Both the position numbers and the translations under genes were made by a program. A model generated the notes under the pieces. The model saw only the letters and a program-made list of their open reading frames with translations, was not told the origin of the DNA and did not search any database. From NCBI GenBank assembly GCA_964291265.2, contig OZ219747.1, forward strand, positions 1,856,001 through 1,920,000: a DNA stretch of 64,000 nucleotides. The letters run 5' to 3'. This document shows positions 10,714-21,025 of this stretch, in pieces. The first letter of the stretch is position 1; every line of letters begins with the position of its first letter. The DNA comes from Alphaproteobacteria bacterium (lineage in GTDB: Bacteria > Pseudomonadota > Alphaproteobacteria > SP197).

Positions 10714-10896
10714 TGTTGATGGTTGCATAGAACGGCGGGATTTCGGCGATTCGCCGCGCTTTGTCAGGGTCGTGTTTCTTCCCTGTTGTCAGGTCCTATT
10801 GTCACGTCCTGTTGTCGTGGGTTCAGTGTTCGGTTGATTGTCTCCCCGAGCGCCGCCGTCTTTTCCTATTGTCGTTTTGGTCCGGTTCGGGTTCCG
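10714..10896 (+). mobile_element. Solo left end of the IS21-family element at 48522
   Basis: 183 bp almost identical to 48522-48704, starting at the terminal TGTTGATGG. Confidence 0.9.
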
Positions 10897-11006
10897 CTGA
10901 TCCGGAAACTGCGCTTCTGACATCCCTTCTCGGCGCCACCAGACCGGAACCATCAATCCACTTTCCGTGATGACTCGGCGAAATCAGACCTGGGCAGTTA
11001 CCGCGT

Positions 11007-12098
11007 TCAGGAGAGGAGAACGACGGAGCGCCTTGACCAGTTCAGCCACATCTCTCCGTCGCGTGGGCCAACCTCGGCGGCGTCGCTGTCCAGGTTGGGC
11101 ACCGACACGATGAAGGGCGCCTCAATTCCCTCGACCTTCACGAAGTGATGACTGCGGTCGCCGAGGTAGGCCGTGGAGTCGATGACGCCCTTGACGGTGT
11201 TGCCGCTGTCAGGCCTGATCGTGTGAAGCGAGATCTTCTCCGGCCGTACTGCCGCGGTGCACCGTGCGCCGGATTCGGGGTGGGGGTCCCGTCTGTGGGC
11301 CTCGATGATCCCGGCAGCCCCGGCATCGATTGCCAGCGTGTCGCCCCTGACTTCGAGCACCCGGGCGTCGAGGAAGTTCATGGTGCCGATGAATTCCGCG
11401 ACCTCTCGGTCGCGCGGTGTCTCGTAGAGCCTGGTCGGGGAGTCGATCTGCAGGTGGCGCCCCTTCGACATGACGGCGACGCGGTCCGACATGGTGAGCG
11501 CTTCCTCCTGATCGTGGGTCACGAACACGAATGTGATGCCGACCGAGCGCTGCAGGTCCCTCAGTTCCAGCTGCATGTTTTCCCGCAGCTTCTTGTCGAG
11601 GGCGCCGAGCGGCTCGTCGAGCAGGAGAACCTTGGGTTGACGGATCAGCGCCCGGGCCAGGGCCACGCGCTGTCGTTCGCCGCCCGACAGTTCGTGCGAG
11701 GCACGGTTCTGGTATCCGGGAAGCTTGATGAGGTCGAGCATCTCCTCGACGCGTTCATTGACGCGGGCCCGGGGCAGTCGTGCCTCGAGAAGGCCATAGG
11801 CGATGTTCTTTTTCACCGTCAGGTGAGGGAAGATGGCGTAGTTCTGGAACACGATGTTGACGGGTCGATGGTTGGGTGCAACCGCCGCCATCGCCTGCCC
11901 GTCGATGTGGACTTCCCCAGATGTCGGGAACTCGAAGCCGGCGAGAATGCGCAGCAGCGTGCTCTTCCCGCACCCCGACGAACCGAGCAGGGAAAAGAAC
12001 TCACCCCGACGAATGTCGATGCTGACCTGGTCCACGGCCAGGATGCTGCCGAATCTCTTGGAGACATTCCGTATGGAAATGAAGGAGGTATCGTTCAT
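11007..12098 (-). CDS. Polyamine-type ABC transporter ATPase (PotA/PotG-like)
   Basis: GSSGCGKS, FQNYAIFPHL, LSGGERQR, VTHDQEEA, C-terminal TOBE-like region. Confidence 0.92.
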   Translation of the reverse strand: MNDTSFISIRNVSKRFGSILAVDQVSIDIRRGEFFSLLGSSGCGKSTLLRILAGFEFPTSGEVHIDGQAMAAVAPNHRPVNIVFQNYAIFPHLTVKKNIAYGLLEARLPRARVNERVEEMLDLIKLPGYQNRASHELSGGERQRVALARALIRQPKVLLLDEPLGALDKKLRENMQLELRDLQRSVGITFVFVTHDQEEALTMSDRVAVMSKGRHLQIDSPTRLYETPRDREVAEFIGTMNFLDARVLEVRGDTLAIDAGAAGIIEAHRRDPHPESGARCTAAVRPEKISLHTIRPDSGNTVKGVIDSTAYLGDRSHHFVKVEGIEAPFIVSVPNLDSDAAEVGPRDGEMWLNWSRRSVVLLS

Positions 12099-12144
12099 CA
12101 GGCAAAGCTCCCGGAGTGCCCGTCATGGTGGCCGGATCCCGTCA

Positions 12145-13899
12145 TCATCGGAACCCGTCCGCCGGTGTCACGACGTGTCTGTCTCCCGACCGCCTGAAAA
12201 ACTCGGCGGTGACGATGAGAATGATGGACACCATGAAGATGAGGGCGCCCAGGGCCAGAACACTTGGCAGCGTCTGCGGGAAACGAACCTGCGTCCATAT
12301 GAAGACAGGCAGGGTGACCTGGTTGCCTCCCAGGAAGAAGGCGAAGAGAAACTCGTCGAAGGACGCGGTGAAGGTAAGCAGGAACGAGGCGACGACGGCC
12401 GGCAGGATGAGCGGGAACGTGACACGCCAGAAGGTCATGAAACCGCCGACACCGAGATCTCGCGAAGCTTCCTCGATGTTCCTGGAGAAGCCCTCGAGAC
12501 GTGCCATCACGACAAGGGTGGCAAAGGGGAGCGTGGTCACGACATGGGCGACCCCGACCGCCCACAAAGAAAGGGGCATCCCCACGGCAAGAGCAAGAAC
12601 CAGGAGACCGACCGCCAGAATGATGCCGGGCATCACCATCGGAATGAGGATGAAGCCGATGGCCACCCCCCTGCCGGGCATTCGGTACCGGGTCAGCGCC
12701 TTGCCGGCAAGGATCGCCAGGACGGTCGTCGTGGCAGCGACCGGCAGGGCGACTTTCAGGCTGTTGAAGAGGGCGCCCTGCAGGCCGGCATGATCGGCCA
12801 GTGCGGCATACCACTTGAACGTAAAGTCCTTGAGCGGCAGCACCATCTGGATGCTGTCATTGAAGGAAAAGACCGGCAGCATCGCGGAGGGGATGTAGAG
12901 AAACGCCAGGTAGAGGATGACGTAGAGAAGCAGCCAGTCGATCCCGCGCCCGGTGCGGTCGACAGGCCGGGGTGCCGTCGTGATTTCCATGTCCCGCGCT
13001 CTCACCGTACCCAGACGGGCGAACCAGATGATGGTGCAGACGATGGCCGTGATCGAGATCATGATGATGATCGTCAGCGCCGCTCCCAGGGGCCAGTTGT
13101 TGGCGGCACCGAACTGGGCGGCGACAATCTGGCCTATCATGACACCCTTGGGTCCACCCACCATGACGGGCGTGATGTAGTCTCCGACCGTGGGGATGAA
13201 CTCGATGACGGCCGCGGCAATCACTCCAGGCATGGAAAGCGGCAGGGTGATGCGCAGGAAGCGCTTCACGGGTCCGTCACCCAGGTCGGCGGCTGCCTCC
13301 AGGAGCGACCGATCGATCTTCTGTAGCGACACGTAAATCGGCAGGATGGCGAAGGCCGCCCATGCATGGGCGAGGGTCAGCACCACGGCAAAGCGACTGT
13401 AGAGAAGGTACTCCAGGGGCTCCTCGATGAAGCCAAGTCCCTCCAGGGTGCCGTTGATCACGCCGTTGTTGCCCAGCATGATCTTCCAGGCGAGAACGCG
13501 CAGCAGGTAGCTTGTGACGAACGGAATGTTGATCAGGATGAGCCAGGTCATCTTGTTCCTCGTCACCCTGAAGGCGAGGAAGTAGGCCACCGGGTAGGCG
13601 AGCAGGATGGTGATGACCGTTACGGTGGCGGACATCCTGATCGATCGCAGGAGCAGCTTTCCGTAGATCCACTTGTCGAAGAACGTCTCGTAGTTCTTCA
13701 GCGTGAAGGACTGGTCGACGTAGACGTAGGTCTGTGACCAGAAACTGTAGGTCACGAGCGTGAAGATCGGCAGTGCCAGCAGGCAGAACATGGTGAGAAT
13801 GGCAGGGGACAGCAGCGTGTAGCCGCGCAACCATTCGAATCGCAGGAAACTGGCCCTTGTCCAGGCGGTCCAGCCCGCGATGACATCACGTGACGTCAT
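12145..13899 (-). CDS. Fused PotB-like + PotC-like ABC permeases
   Basis: One 584-aa ORF with two EAA loops (LLEAAADLG and IEEASRDLG). Confidence 0.85.
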   Translation of the reverse strand: MTSRDVIAGWTAWTRASFLRFEWLRGYTLLSPAILTMFCLLALPIFTLVTYSFWSQTYVYVDQSFTLKNYETFFDKWIYGKLLLRSIRMSATVTVITILLAYPVAYFLAFRVTRNKMTWLILINIPFVTSYLLRVLAWKIMLGNNGVINGTLEGLGFIEEPLEYLLYSRFAVVLTLAHAWAAFAILPIYVSLQKIDRSLLEAAADLGDGPVKRFLRITLPLSMPGVIAAAVIEFIPTVGDYITPVMVGGPKGVMIGQIVAAQFGAANNWPLGAALTIIIMISITAIVCTIIWFARLGTVRARDMEITTAPRPVDRTGRGIDWLLLYVILYLAFLYIPSAMLPVFSFNDSIQMVLPLKDFTFKWYAALADHAGLQGALFNSLKVALPVAATTTVLAILAGKALTRYRMPGRGVAIGFILIPMVMPGIILAVGLLVLALAVGMPLSLWAVGVAHVVTTLPFATLVVMARLEGFSRNIEEASRDLGVGGFMTFWRVTFPLILPAVVASFLLTFTASFDEFLFAFFLGGNQVTLPVFIWTQVRFPQTLPSVLALGALIFMVSIILIVTAEFFRRSGDRHVVTPADGFR

Positions 13900-13917
13900 G
13901 ACCGCCGAAGTATCGCC

Positions 13918-15201
13918 CTACCACTCGCGCCGGCTTTGCCAGCGGTAACCGGCAAGACGGGCCTCAACGCCCAGTGCCAGAAACGGTTGGGCGGGCAGCC
14001 TGGCGGGACCGCTGAGCGCTGCCGCGTCATCGATAAGGGATGATTCGCCGCCTAGGGCATGCTCGGCAACGAGCTTGCCGGAAATCGTGCCCCTCGCCAG
14101 GCCCACGCCGCAGTAGCCCAGGGAAACGAAGAGACCCGGCTCCAGGCGGCCGAAATGCGTCGCCCAGTCCCGCGTCATGCAGAAGACCCCGGCCCACGTG
14201 TGTTCGAAGTCGAGGGGCGCGAGCATGGGAAAGCGATCGGTGACCCCCTTCCTGTGCGATGCCAGGAGAGACTTGCGGCGCTTCGCCCCAAGACGGAAGT
14301 CTCCGGCATAGTAGGTGCCGAAACGCGCAAGGATGCGGTTGGACGGGGTGCGGCGCAGGGTTGCGGTCCCGGTGATTCCCCAGGCGCGATGCCCGGTCAT
14401 GGCCGCATCCTCCTCGTCGTTGAGAGGACGCGACAAGCTGGCACAGGCGATCATGGGAAACACCTCGCCTTTCAGGAGGCCGAGCCGGGTTATGAAGGCG
14501 TTCGTCGTCAGGAGCACGTTGGGTGTGTCGATACGTCCATCGTCATGAACCACTGACCGGGTCCTGCCGGAGGTGATGCGCCGCACGCAAGTTTCTTCGA
14601 AGACGTCGACGTTCTCCGGCAGTGATTGGCCGAGTCCCCGGCACATGGCCGCCGGATTGACCGTCACGGTGCGGGGCGTGAGAACGGCCGCATGGTAGCA
14701 ATGTGTGCCGACCACGTCGGCAAGCGCGTCGCCTTCCAGCCATTCGTATGTTTCGCCAATGCTCTCCAGCATGGCCACGGTTGCATGGAGGCCGCCGACC
14801 CGCGACTCGTCGACCACGGCTGTCAGGTGACCATGAGGTGTCCATTCGCAGTCGATTTCGTTCTCCCTCACCTGGAGCTCCAACTCGGCCAGTCCCGCCA
14901 GAACCAGGCGGGATATCCGTAGGTTGGTGGCATGGTCGAACTGTTCCGTAAGGTGCGGTGTATCGATGATGAAACCGGCGTTGCGGCCGGATGAACCATA
15001 GCCGATGCGATATTCCTCGATCAGGACGATTCGACTGTCCGGAAGCAGTTCGCCAAGCCGGCGGGCTGCTGCAAGTCCCGTGACTCCGCCGCCGACGACA
15101 ACCCAGTCCGCGACCTCAGCTCCTGTCAGGCGCCGTGCGGGTGCCGACGGTGGCAGGATGGCGTACCAACCCGGAGCATGCTCCCGCTCAGTTGTCGCCA
15201 T
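13918..15201 (-). CDS. FAD-dependent oxidoreductase, DAO family (PuuB/OrdL-like)
   Basis: VVGGGVTG, SSGRNAGF, GYCGVGLARGT. Confidence 0.85.
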   Translation of the reverse strand: MATTEREHAPGWYAILPPSAPARRLTGAEVADWVVVGGGVTGLAAARRLGELLPDSRIVLIEEYRIGYGSSGRNAGFIIDTPHLTEQFDHATNLRISRLVLAGLAELELQVRENEIDCEWTPHGHLTAVVDESRVGGLHATVAMLESIGETYEWLEGDALADVVGTHCYHAAVLTPRTVTVNPAAMCRGLGQSLPENVDVFEETCVRRITSGRTRSVVHDDGRIDTPNVLLTTNAFITRLGLLKGEVFPMIACASLSRPLNDEEDAAMTGHRAWGITGTATLRRTPSNRILARFGTYYAGDFRLGAKRRKSLLASHRKGVTDRFPMLAPLDFEHTWAGVFCMTRDWATHFGRLEPGLFVSLGYCGVGLARGTISGKLVAEHALGGESSLIDDAAALSGPARLPAQPFLALGVEARLAGYRWQSRREW

Positions 15202-15212
15202 GAAGGGTGCCC

Positions 15213-16067
15213 TCAATCCGACTGGAAGGGCAGGTGGCGAAGGCTCGACGACACGTCGTGCGGAGCAACAGCGACATAACGCGCCATGTTGTGCATGGAG
15301 GCGTCTCCGCCCATGCCGTACTCCGCATCGTAGCCATGGAGGTGATCGTCATCATCTTCCGTGCCAAGACCTCCGAGATTGCCGGCCAAAAACAGGATGC
15401 GGGTCTGCGCCTGGTCCGGATCGATCCTGTTGAAGGGATGCCAGTTTCCCATGACGGTCGTGCCGTGGCGCTTCTGTGCCGCATCGAGATAACGGCCGAG
15501 CGGTTCGACTCCTCCGGCCCTCACCACTAGGTTCGGTTCCTCACGCAGGCGCTCGAACGTTTCGTAACCCCGTTTCGACTGCCGCATTATGTCGAAATCC
15601 GATATGACACCGTACCGCATGGGCAGATCGGGGACTCCAGCCTTGAACTCCCGGAACGGATAGACCGGAATCTCAGTGCCGTCGGGAAGCCTGCCTTCGA
15701 GGATGTCCCGCACTTCGCGACTGGAGATCTTGGCAGCGTACTGACCGGTGAACCCTTCCGGATTGGTGCGGGCGGTGCTGGACCGGTACACCCTTTCAAA
15801 ACGTTCGGGCGACGCGAAGATGCCGCCTCCGTGCACGCCGACGACCACCCGGTTGCCCGCAGGCGTGGTCATCACGCTTTCCTCGGAATTCGAGGTGAAC
15901 CAGGTATTCCAGATGATGTTGTCATAGGACGCATGGGCGCGTGCATGCAGCAATTGAGGCATGGAGGCGACAAACCCGTCATCGCCCGCATGCTCAAGGG
16001 CCCGCCTGAGAGCATCGGGAACATGGGTTTCAAAGACGATGCCGGCTTCCATCCTGATTTCGGTCAT
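15213..16067 (-). CDS. Hypothetical protein within the polyamine-type cluster
   Basis: Clean ORF, co-oriented with neighbours; no recognisable motif. Confidence 0.7.
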   Translation of the reverse strand: MTEIRMEAGIVFETHVPDALRRALEHAGDDGFVASMPQLLHARAHASYDNIIWNTWFTSNSEESVMTTPAGNRVVVGVHGGGIFASPERFERVYRSSTARTNPEGFTGQYAAKISSREVRDILEGRLPDGTEIPVYPFREFKAGVPDLPMRYGVISDFDIMRQSKRGYETFERLREEPNLVVRAGGVEPLGRYLDAAQKRHGTTVMGNWHPFNRIDPDQAQTRILFLAGNLGGLGTEDDDDHLHGYDAEYGMGGDASMHNMARYVAVAPHDVSSSLRHLPFQSD

Positions 16068-16166
16068 GATGGTGTCACTCCCCGACGGACACTGTTGACG
16101 AACGATCGACACAACGATGCGCTCCTTGCCGGAAACCACCGGCAAGGAGCGCATGTCAGGTGATCG

Positions 16167-17264
16167 CTACATTCCGGCCTGGGCTTCGTGCCACATCTCG
16201 ATGAGGCGCGCATCCTTCTCCGGGGGAACCTCGTCGAAGAAGACTCCCTTGGAGAGAAGGGCGACGGGGTCATCGAGCCCCTTGTCGCGCAGGACATCCG
16301 GGTCGATCAGATCGAACGTGTTGATGTTGGCGTGACCGTAGCCGTAGGTCTCGAACAGGGAGAGCCCTCCGACCGGATCGAGCATGGCGTTGATGTACTC
16401 GTAGGCCTGGTCTTCGGATCCCTCGCCATTGCTGCTCAGGCACAGTCCGCACATCCACGGCATGACCGGATCAACGATGACGACCGGGATGCCCTCCTCC
16501 TTCATGCGTCGTGAGGCACTGCCGTATATGTAGGAAATGCCGACGTCGCCGGCGACCCAGGCTTGCTCGAGCTGTGTGCTGTCGGTCCACACAAAGCGGG
16601 CATTGTCCAGCATCTTGCGGAAGATTTCCGGTGCCATCGCCATCTCATCCTCGGTGGGATCGAGTGGGTTGGCCCAGCGTCCGATGACGCCGGCCACCAA
16701 GGTGTTGACTCCCATCTGCGACGTCAGGGAGGTCTTGCCCTTGAATCGCGGGTCGACGAAGATATCGAAGGTCGGGTTGTCAACTTCGATGACCTCGGGA
16801 TTGTAGGCGACCTTGGAAAAGCCCCAGTCCCACGGACAAAAGAAGTATTCGCCTTCGATGCGAACACCCTTGACCTCAAGAAGATCCGGGATGATCTCGG
16901 GCCACCTCGGAATGCGGTCTGTCTCAAGGGCCTTGATGAGTCCCGCATCGCGGAATTTCTTCACCGAGGCGGTGCAGGGATGCACCAGGTCCACCCTGAA
17001 ACCGGCGCGCATCTTCTGGAAGGCGTCCTCGGTTTCCGAAAAGAACGTCACCTCGGGCTGTCCGCCATGCTTCGCATTGTACTCGGGGTGGAAGGACTCG
17101 TATTCGTAGCCGTTCCACTCCAGGAGGCTGAGGTCGACTTCAGCCCGCGCCTTGCCGGACACCAGGGACACGGTCACGAGGCCTGCCGAGGAAAGGACTC
17201 CGGCGGCCTCACGGCGGGTCAGGGCACCAGCGCGCAGCACCCTGGCGAACTCTTGCGGTTTCAT
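16167..17264 (-). CDS. PotD/PotF-like substrate-binding protein with Tat-like signal
   Basis: LTRREAA..., DLVHPC, PWDWG, AYEYINAML. Confidence 0.88.
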   Translation of the reverse strand: MKPQEFARVLRAGALTRREAAGVLSSAGLVTVSLVSGKARAEVDLSLLEWNGYEYESFHPEYNAKHGGQPEVTFFSETEDAFQKMRAGFRVDLVHPCTASVKKFRDAGLIKALETDRIPRWPEIIPDLLEVKGVRIEGEYFFCPWDWGFSKVAYNPEVIEVDNPTFDIFVDPRFKGKTSLTSQMGVNTLVAGVIGRWANPLDPTEDEMAMAPEIFRKMLDNARFVWTDSTQLEQAWVAGDVGISYIYGSASRRMKEEGIPVVIVDPVMPWMCGLCLSSNGEGSEDQAYEYINAMLDPVGGLSLFETYGYGHANINTFDLIDPDVLRDKGLDDPVALLSKGVFFDEVPPEKDARLIEMWHEAQAGM

Positions 17265-17316
17265 GGAATTCTCCCTCATTGTCTTGTTGTTCGCGAATAG
17301 GGACCGGAGTTGTCCA

Positions 17317-17443
17317 GTCAGCGTTCGGTCACGATGCAGCGATCGAGGCATCATGGAACTGAGCGAATGCGGGTGAGACCCGGGATATGTGCGCAGTTGC
17401 CACCGTCACCCTCATTATCGTCACCCCTTGACCGAACGCCTAC
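17317..17443. mobile_element. IS66-type MITE, copy 1 (127 bp)
   Basis: Ends GTCAGCGTTCGGTCA...TGACCGAACGCCTAC match the IS66 IR; flanks GTTGTCCA / ATTGTCCA (7/8 TSD). Confidence 0.8.
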
Positions 17444-17676
17444 ATTGTCCAAACACTCGATTCCTCTTCGATCGTGCCTTGATCCGCCCCAGGATCGGGC
17501 GGTTCTCCTCATGGCCAGGGAGCAGTATAGGCACATGTTCCGGCGAATGACAGGCTGCACGAGCACGCCGAATCTCACCGGCCATCCTCGCAGAGGGGTG
17601 AGGAGCCCGGGGCGACGCGGGCTTTTCAAGCGGATGCGACCAGCGATACCATGCGCGGAACGGGGGAGTGAAGGCC

Positions 17677-18894
17677 ATGAACGTCATCGCGTTTCCGGGA
17701 GCCGGCGGTGCGTGGCAGTCGGTCTCGGATGAGGTGCTGGAGCAACTCGGGCGGACAACATCGCTGGCGAGGGGGCTTCCCAACGCCGCCTTCACCGATG
17801 GCGCGTTTCATGAACTTGAGAAGACTCGCCTGTTTTCGAGAACCTGGTCCTTTGCGGCGCCAGCGAGCACGCTCGGCGATCCCGGCGATGTCCTGTCGGT
17901 GGAGATCGCCGGCCATCCGCTGATCCTTGTGCGCGGACACGATCATATGGTGCGTGCCTTTCACAATGTCTGCCCGCATCGCGGCGCCAGGCTGGTGACG
18001 GAATCCCGCTGCTCGAGGACGGTTCTCACCTGTCCTTACCATGCCTGGTCCTATGGTCTCGACGGTGTCCTCAAGGGACGGCCTCACTACCATGGCCATG
18101 GCCGTCACCAGACGGCTTGTGACATCGTCGGCGAGGATGTCCGCCTCTTCGCCGTCCCGTGCCGGCAGTGGTACGACTGGGTGTTCGTCAACATCGACGG
18201 CAAGGCGCCCGAATTCGAGAGCTTCCTGGCCCCGGTGGAGGAACACTTCACCGGCCATGACATCACGCAGTTCCGCCGTTCGGACCAGACCATGGCCGTG
18301 GAGTTCGCCTGCAACTGGAAACTTGCGGTGGAAAACTACTGCGATTTCTACCACGTGTTCGCCGTCCACCCGGCCCTCGACCGCATGATGAGCCCGCAAA
18401 CGCGCCAGTCCATGCGCGAGAGTGGTTGCCACCTGCTGAACGGCTATGCCTTCACCGCCAGCGGCAGGGGTATCGCGGTCGACGAGTCGGGGCCCGGCCT
18501 GCCGTCACAGGAAGGAATCGACGAGGATCTGGAAACGAGCGCCCGCTATGCCGTGCTGTTTCCGAACTTTGCGGTCAATGTCTATCCGGGCAGCCTCCAG
18601 GCCGTGCTCTTTGAGCCGCTGGCGGCAGATCGGACCATCATGCGCATGTGGTTCTACTACGTCGGTGATGCCGCCCGTGCCGCCGAACACGCCGAATCGA
18701 GAGACGCTCTCTACCGGGAATGGGTGGAACTCAACAACGAGGACAAGGACATCTGCCTGCGCCTCCAGGAGGGGCGCGCGTGCACGGCCTATGACGGTGG
18801 TCGCCTGGCGCCTCACTGGGATCGCGGGACGGTCCACTTCCACCGCCAGGTCGCACACGCCATCCGCCGCGAAGGCGCCTTCACGGAACCGTGA
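17677..18894 (+). CDS. Rieske non-heme iron oxygenase alpha subunit (choline monooxygenase/GbcA-like)
   Basis: CPHRG...CPYHAW Rieske motif; NWKLAVENYCDFYHVFAVH iron ligands. Confidence 0.9.
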   Translation: MNVIAFPGAGGAWQSVSDEVLEQLGRTTSLARGLPNAAFTDGAFHELEKTRLFSRTWSFAAPASTLGDPGDVLSVEIAGHPLILVRGHDHMVRAFHNVCPHRGARLVTESRCSRTVLTCPYHAWSYGLDGVLKGRPHYHGHGRHQTACDIVGEDVRLFAVPCRQWYDWVFVNIDGKAPEFESFLAPVEEHFTGHDITQFRRSDQTMAVEFACNWKLAVENYCDFYHVFAVHPALDRMMSPQTRQSMRESGCHLLNGYAFTASGRGIAVDESGPGLPSQEGIDEDLETSARYAVLFPNFAVNVYPGSLQAVLFEPLAADRTIMRMWFYYVGDAARAAEHAESRDALYREWVELNNEDKDICLRLQEGRACTAYDGGRLAPHWDRGTVHFHRQVAHAIRREGAFTEP

Positions 18895-18918
18895 GGACGC
18901 CGGGCAGCCCGGCGTCCT
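18894..18918. terminator. Hairpin between convergent genes
   Basis: Perfect 11-bp stem AGGACGCCGGG-cag-CCCGGCGTCCT. Confidence 0.6.
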
Positions 18919-18924
18919 TCACCG

Positions 18925-19340
18925 TCATTCGGCGAGCTTGACGTCGTTGTACATGGAGACGTAGCGCTCGAGAATGTCGGGAGGCCACGATTGCCAGGGG
19001 GTGGCCTTCGCGAGGAAGGCGCTGACGTCCCCGTCGAGTCCCATCGATGACGAGACGGCAGGATCGACGATCTTCCATGTCCGTCGGTTGGCGTGGCCGT
19101 AGCCGTAGACCTCGACCAGGAACTTGCCGGCCTCGGGCGAATTCCAGGCGTTGATGAAATCGTAGGCCGCTTCCTCGTCACCCTCGCCGGTCGTCGACAT
19201 CACCAGTCCGCAGACCCAGGAAATCAGGCCACCCCTTGGGTCCAGCAGGTACTCAACCGGAATGCCGTCCTGCTGCATGCGGTGGACGGGCCCACTCCAG
19301 AAATAGCTGGCCACGACCTCGCCTGACGCCAGCATCACCT
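18925..19340 (-). pseudogene. C-terminal fragment of a PotD-like SBP, paralogue of 16167-17264
   Basis: WVCGLVM...AYDFINAW...YGYGHAN matches the intact paralogue; 5' part replaced by a transposase remnant. Confidence 0.8.
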
Positions 19341-19344
19341 CGCC

Positions 19345-19696
19345 ATCTCAAGGAGGAAGGTGGCAGCCCTTGCCGCTTCCCCCGGGACGGTGGAAGCATG
19401 GCAGCGGGCCCTCGGGCGGTCATGGCCCGAGGACGGCTCGCAGGACTGGATGACGCTGGCCGTGGACGTGTCATGTCAAGGTCTACCACGGCAGGGGCAA
19501 GGTGCCGAAACACTTCGTCAAGCGCCGGAAGCTCTGCCTTCCGGCTACGGCAAGCTACTGGATCAACGCCCTTTCGGGCGCCCCTCCGGCATGTCTCCAC
19601 AAGGATCTGGACGGCAAGATGGTGCAGGCCCTTGAGCATGACGAGTTTCCGCATCTTTCGCTGATGCTCGACGAAGTTGATGAGGAGTCTGCATGA
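19345..19696 (+). pseudogene. Transposase remnant
   Basis: QDWMTLAVD / HVKVYHGRGKVPKHFVKRRKLCLPATASYWINALSG across a frameshift; recalled as a DDE-type putative transposase family. Confidence 0.6.
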
Positions 19697-19930
19697 CTCG
19701 ACGGCGAAGGCTTCGATGGTCGGTTCGGGAGCGGGAGATCCACGCCTTACTGTTCGCCACCATCGCGAGCCGCCGGGACTGCTTCTCCGGCGCGGGGGGC
19801 GCACTTGAAAGCGCCGTTTCGCCTCAATGGAGAAGATCGCCGGCGGGACCTCTCCGAGACGATCGTCCCACGCTCGGACCGGCAACACGACGCGCGCGGA
19901 TGCGCACGTCACTGTGCCTTCTACGGCCGA
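19690..19930 (+). pseudogene. Highly degraded IS remnant (possibly IS5-like)
   Basis: GAAGGCTTCGATG...GGTTCGGGA...TCCACGC segment is repeated at ~59049-59090. Confidence 0.3.
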
Positions 19931-21025
19931 ACTCCCTCATCGTCTGTCATCACCGACAAGAGACGACGCCTGGCCCATGTCACGCACAGGCAATCCTGCG
20001 CGGCACGGCGCGCCAGTCAGGCACCGCGGGCTCGCACCACCATTTGCACTTGCCTATCCAAGTTGCTTGTATCACGGACATGGCATAGGGTACGTTTGCG
20101 GGCGTTGGCTCACCTGGCCACGCGATGGGATGGATTATCGGGTGCTGCTTGGGCGAAAGGACTCTCCTTAAGGGAGAACCACAAAAGGCTCGCGGCAATC
20201 GCAGACAAGGTATAGAAAGGTTCAAGGGTTGGCGTGACTACGGCGGAACTCAGGCGCCGGGCAACGAACGGTGCCCAAGGGGGAGCTTGTACGGCGACAG
20301 ATCAAGGATAAGATCGTGGCAGGAGACGTACTGGTGAAAAGCAGTCTCGAATGGATGGAAATGACGTACGAAGCGGAGTTCCTGCACCCGCTGTTCGATT
20401 TGCCAAGCCACAACATAGAGCTTCTGAAGTCATTTTACCAATCCATCCATCCTCAATTCCCGCTTCGAACGACAGACTTGCATGTATTCGGCGGGAGCGC
20501 ACTTTCAGACGTTTGCGTGCGCGTGGCGATGCTTGGAGGTCATGGGACTATCGAGATGACAGCAGAAAGACTGTCGATACGTATCAACGGCATAACAGAC
20601 GAACAGGAACTCGCCACCTGCAACAGGTGCATCATGCTGGCGACTCAGGCATTGAAGGGAACTCTCCCGGATGTCGTGACCAAGACTGTCGCGGCTCGAA
20701 CCACACGATCGCTCAGCCTGGGCGACGGATCCATGACGGCGAGCGACTTCCTGCAGCAAACAGTAACACCGGGTATCGACATGAAGTTGACTGATCTCGG
20801 CAATGCAGTGCAGTCACCTTGCGTGAACATTGAAGTCCAGAACAACGATGAAGACTGGCGGGCAGTCCTGCACGCACACACCAATGCCATTGAGAGGTCG
20901 TCAGTTATCGTTTCATGTTGGACAGCCGTAAGCGTTCGGCCGTTCGGTGATGGCTGATTTTGGTTGGTTTGGGTCTTGCTGACTATCGTCTGAGAAAGAG
21001 CTGGTAAACTCGTTTGGTCTCGATT

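Noticed and set aside
11854-13326. Long antisense ORFs (also 49197-50840, 31913-33433, 41196-42506)
   Set aside because: These are shadow ORFs expected opposite real genes in high-GC DNA and have no motifs.
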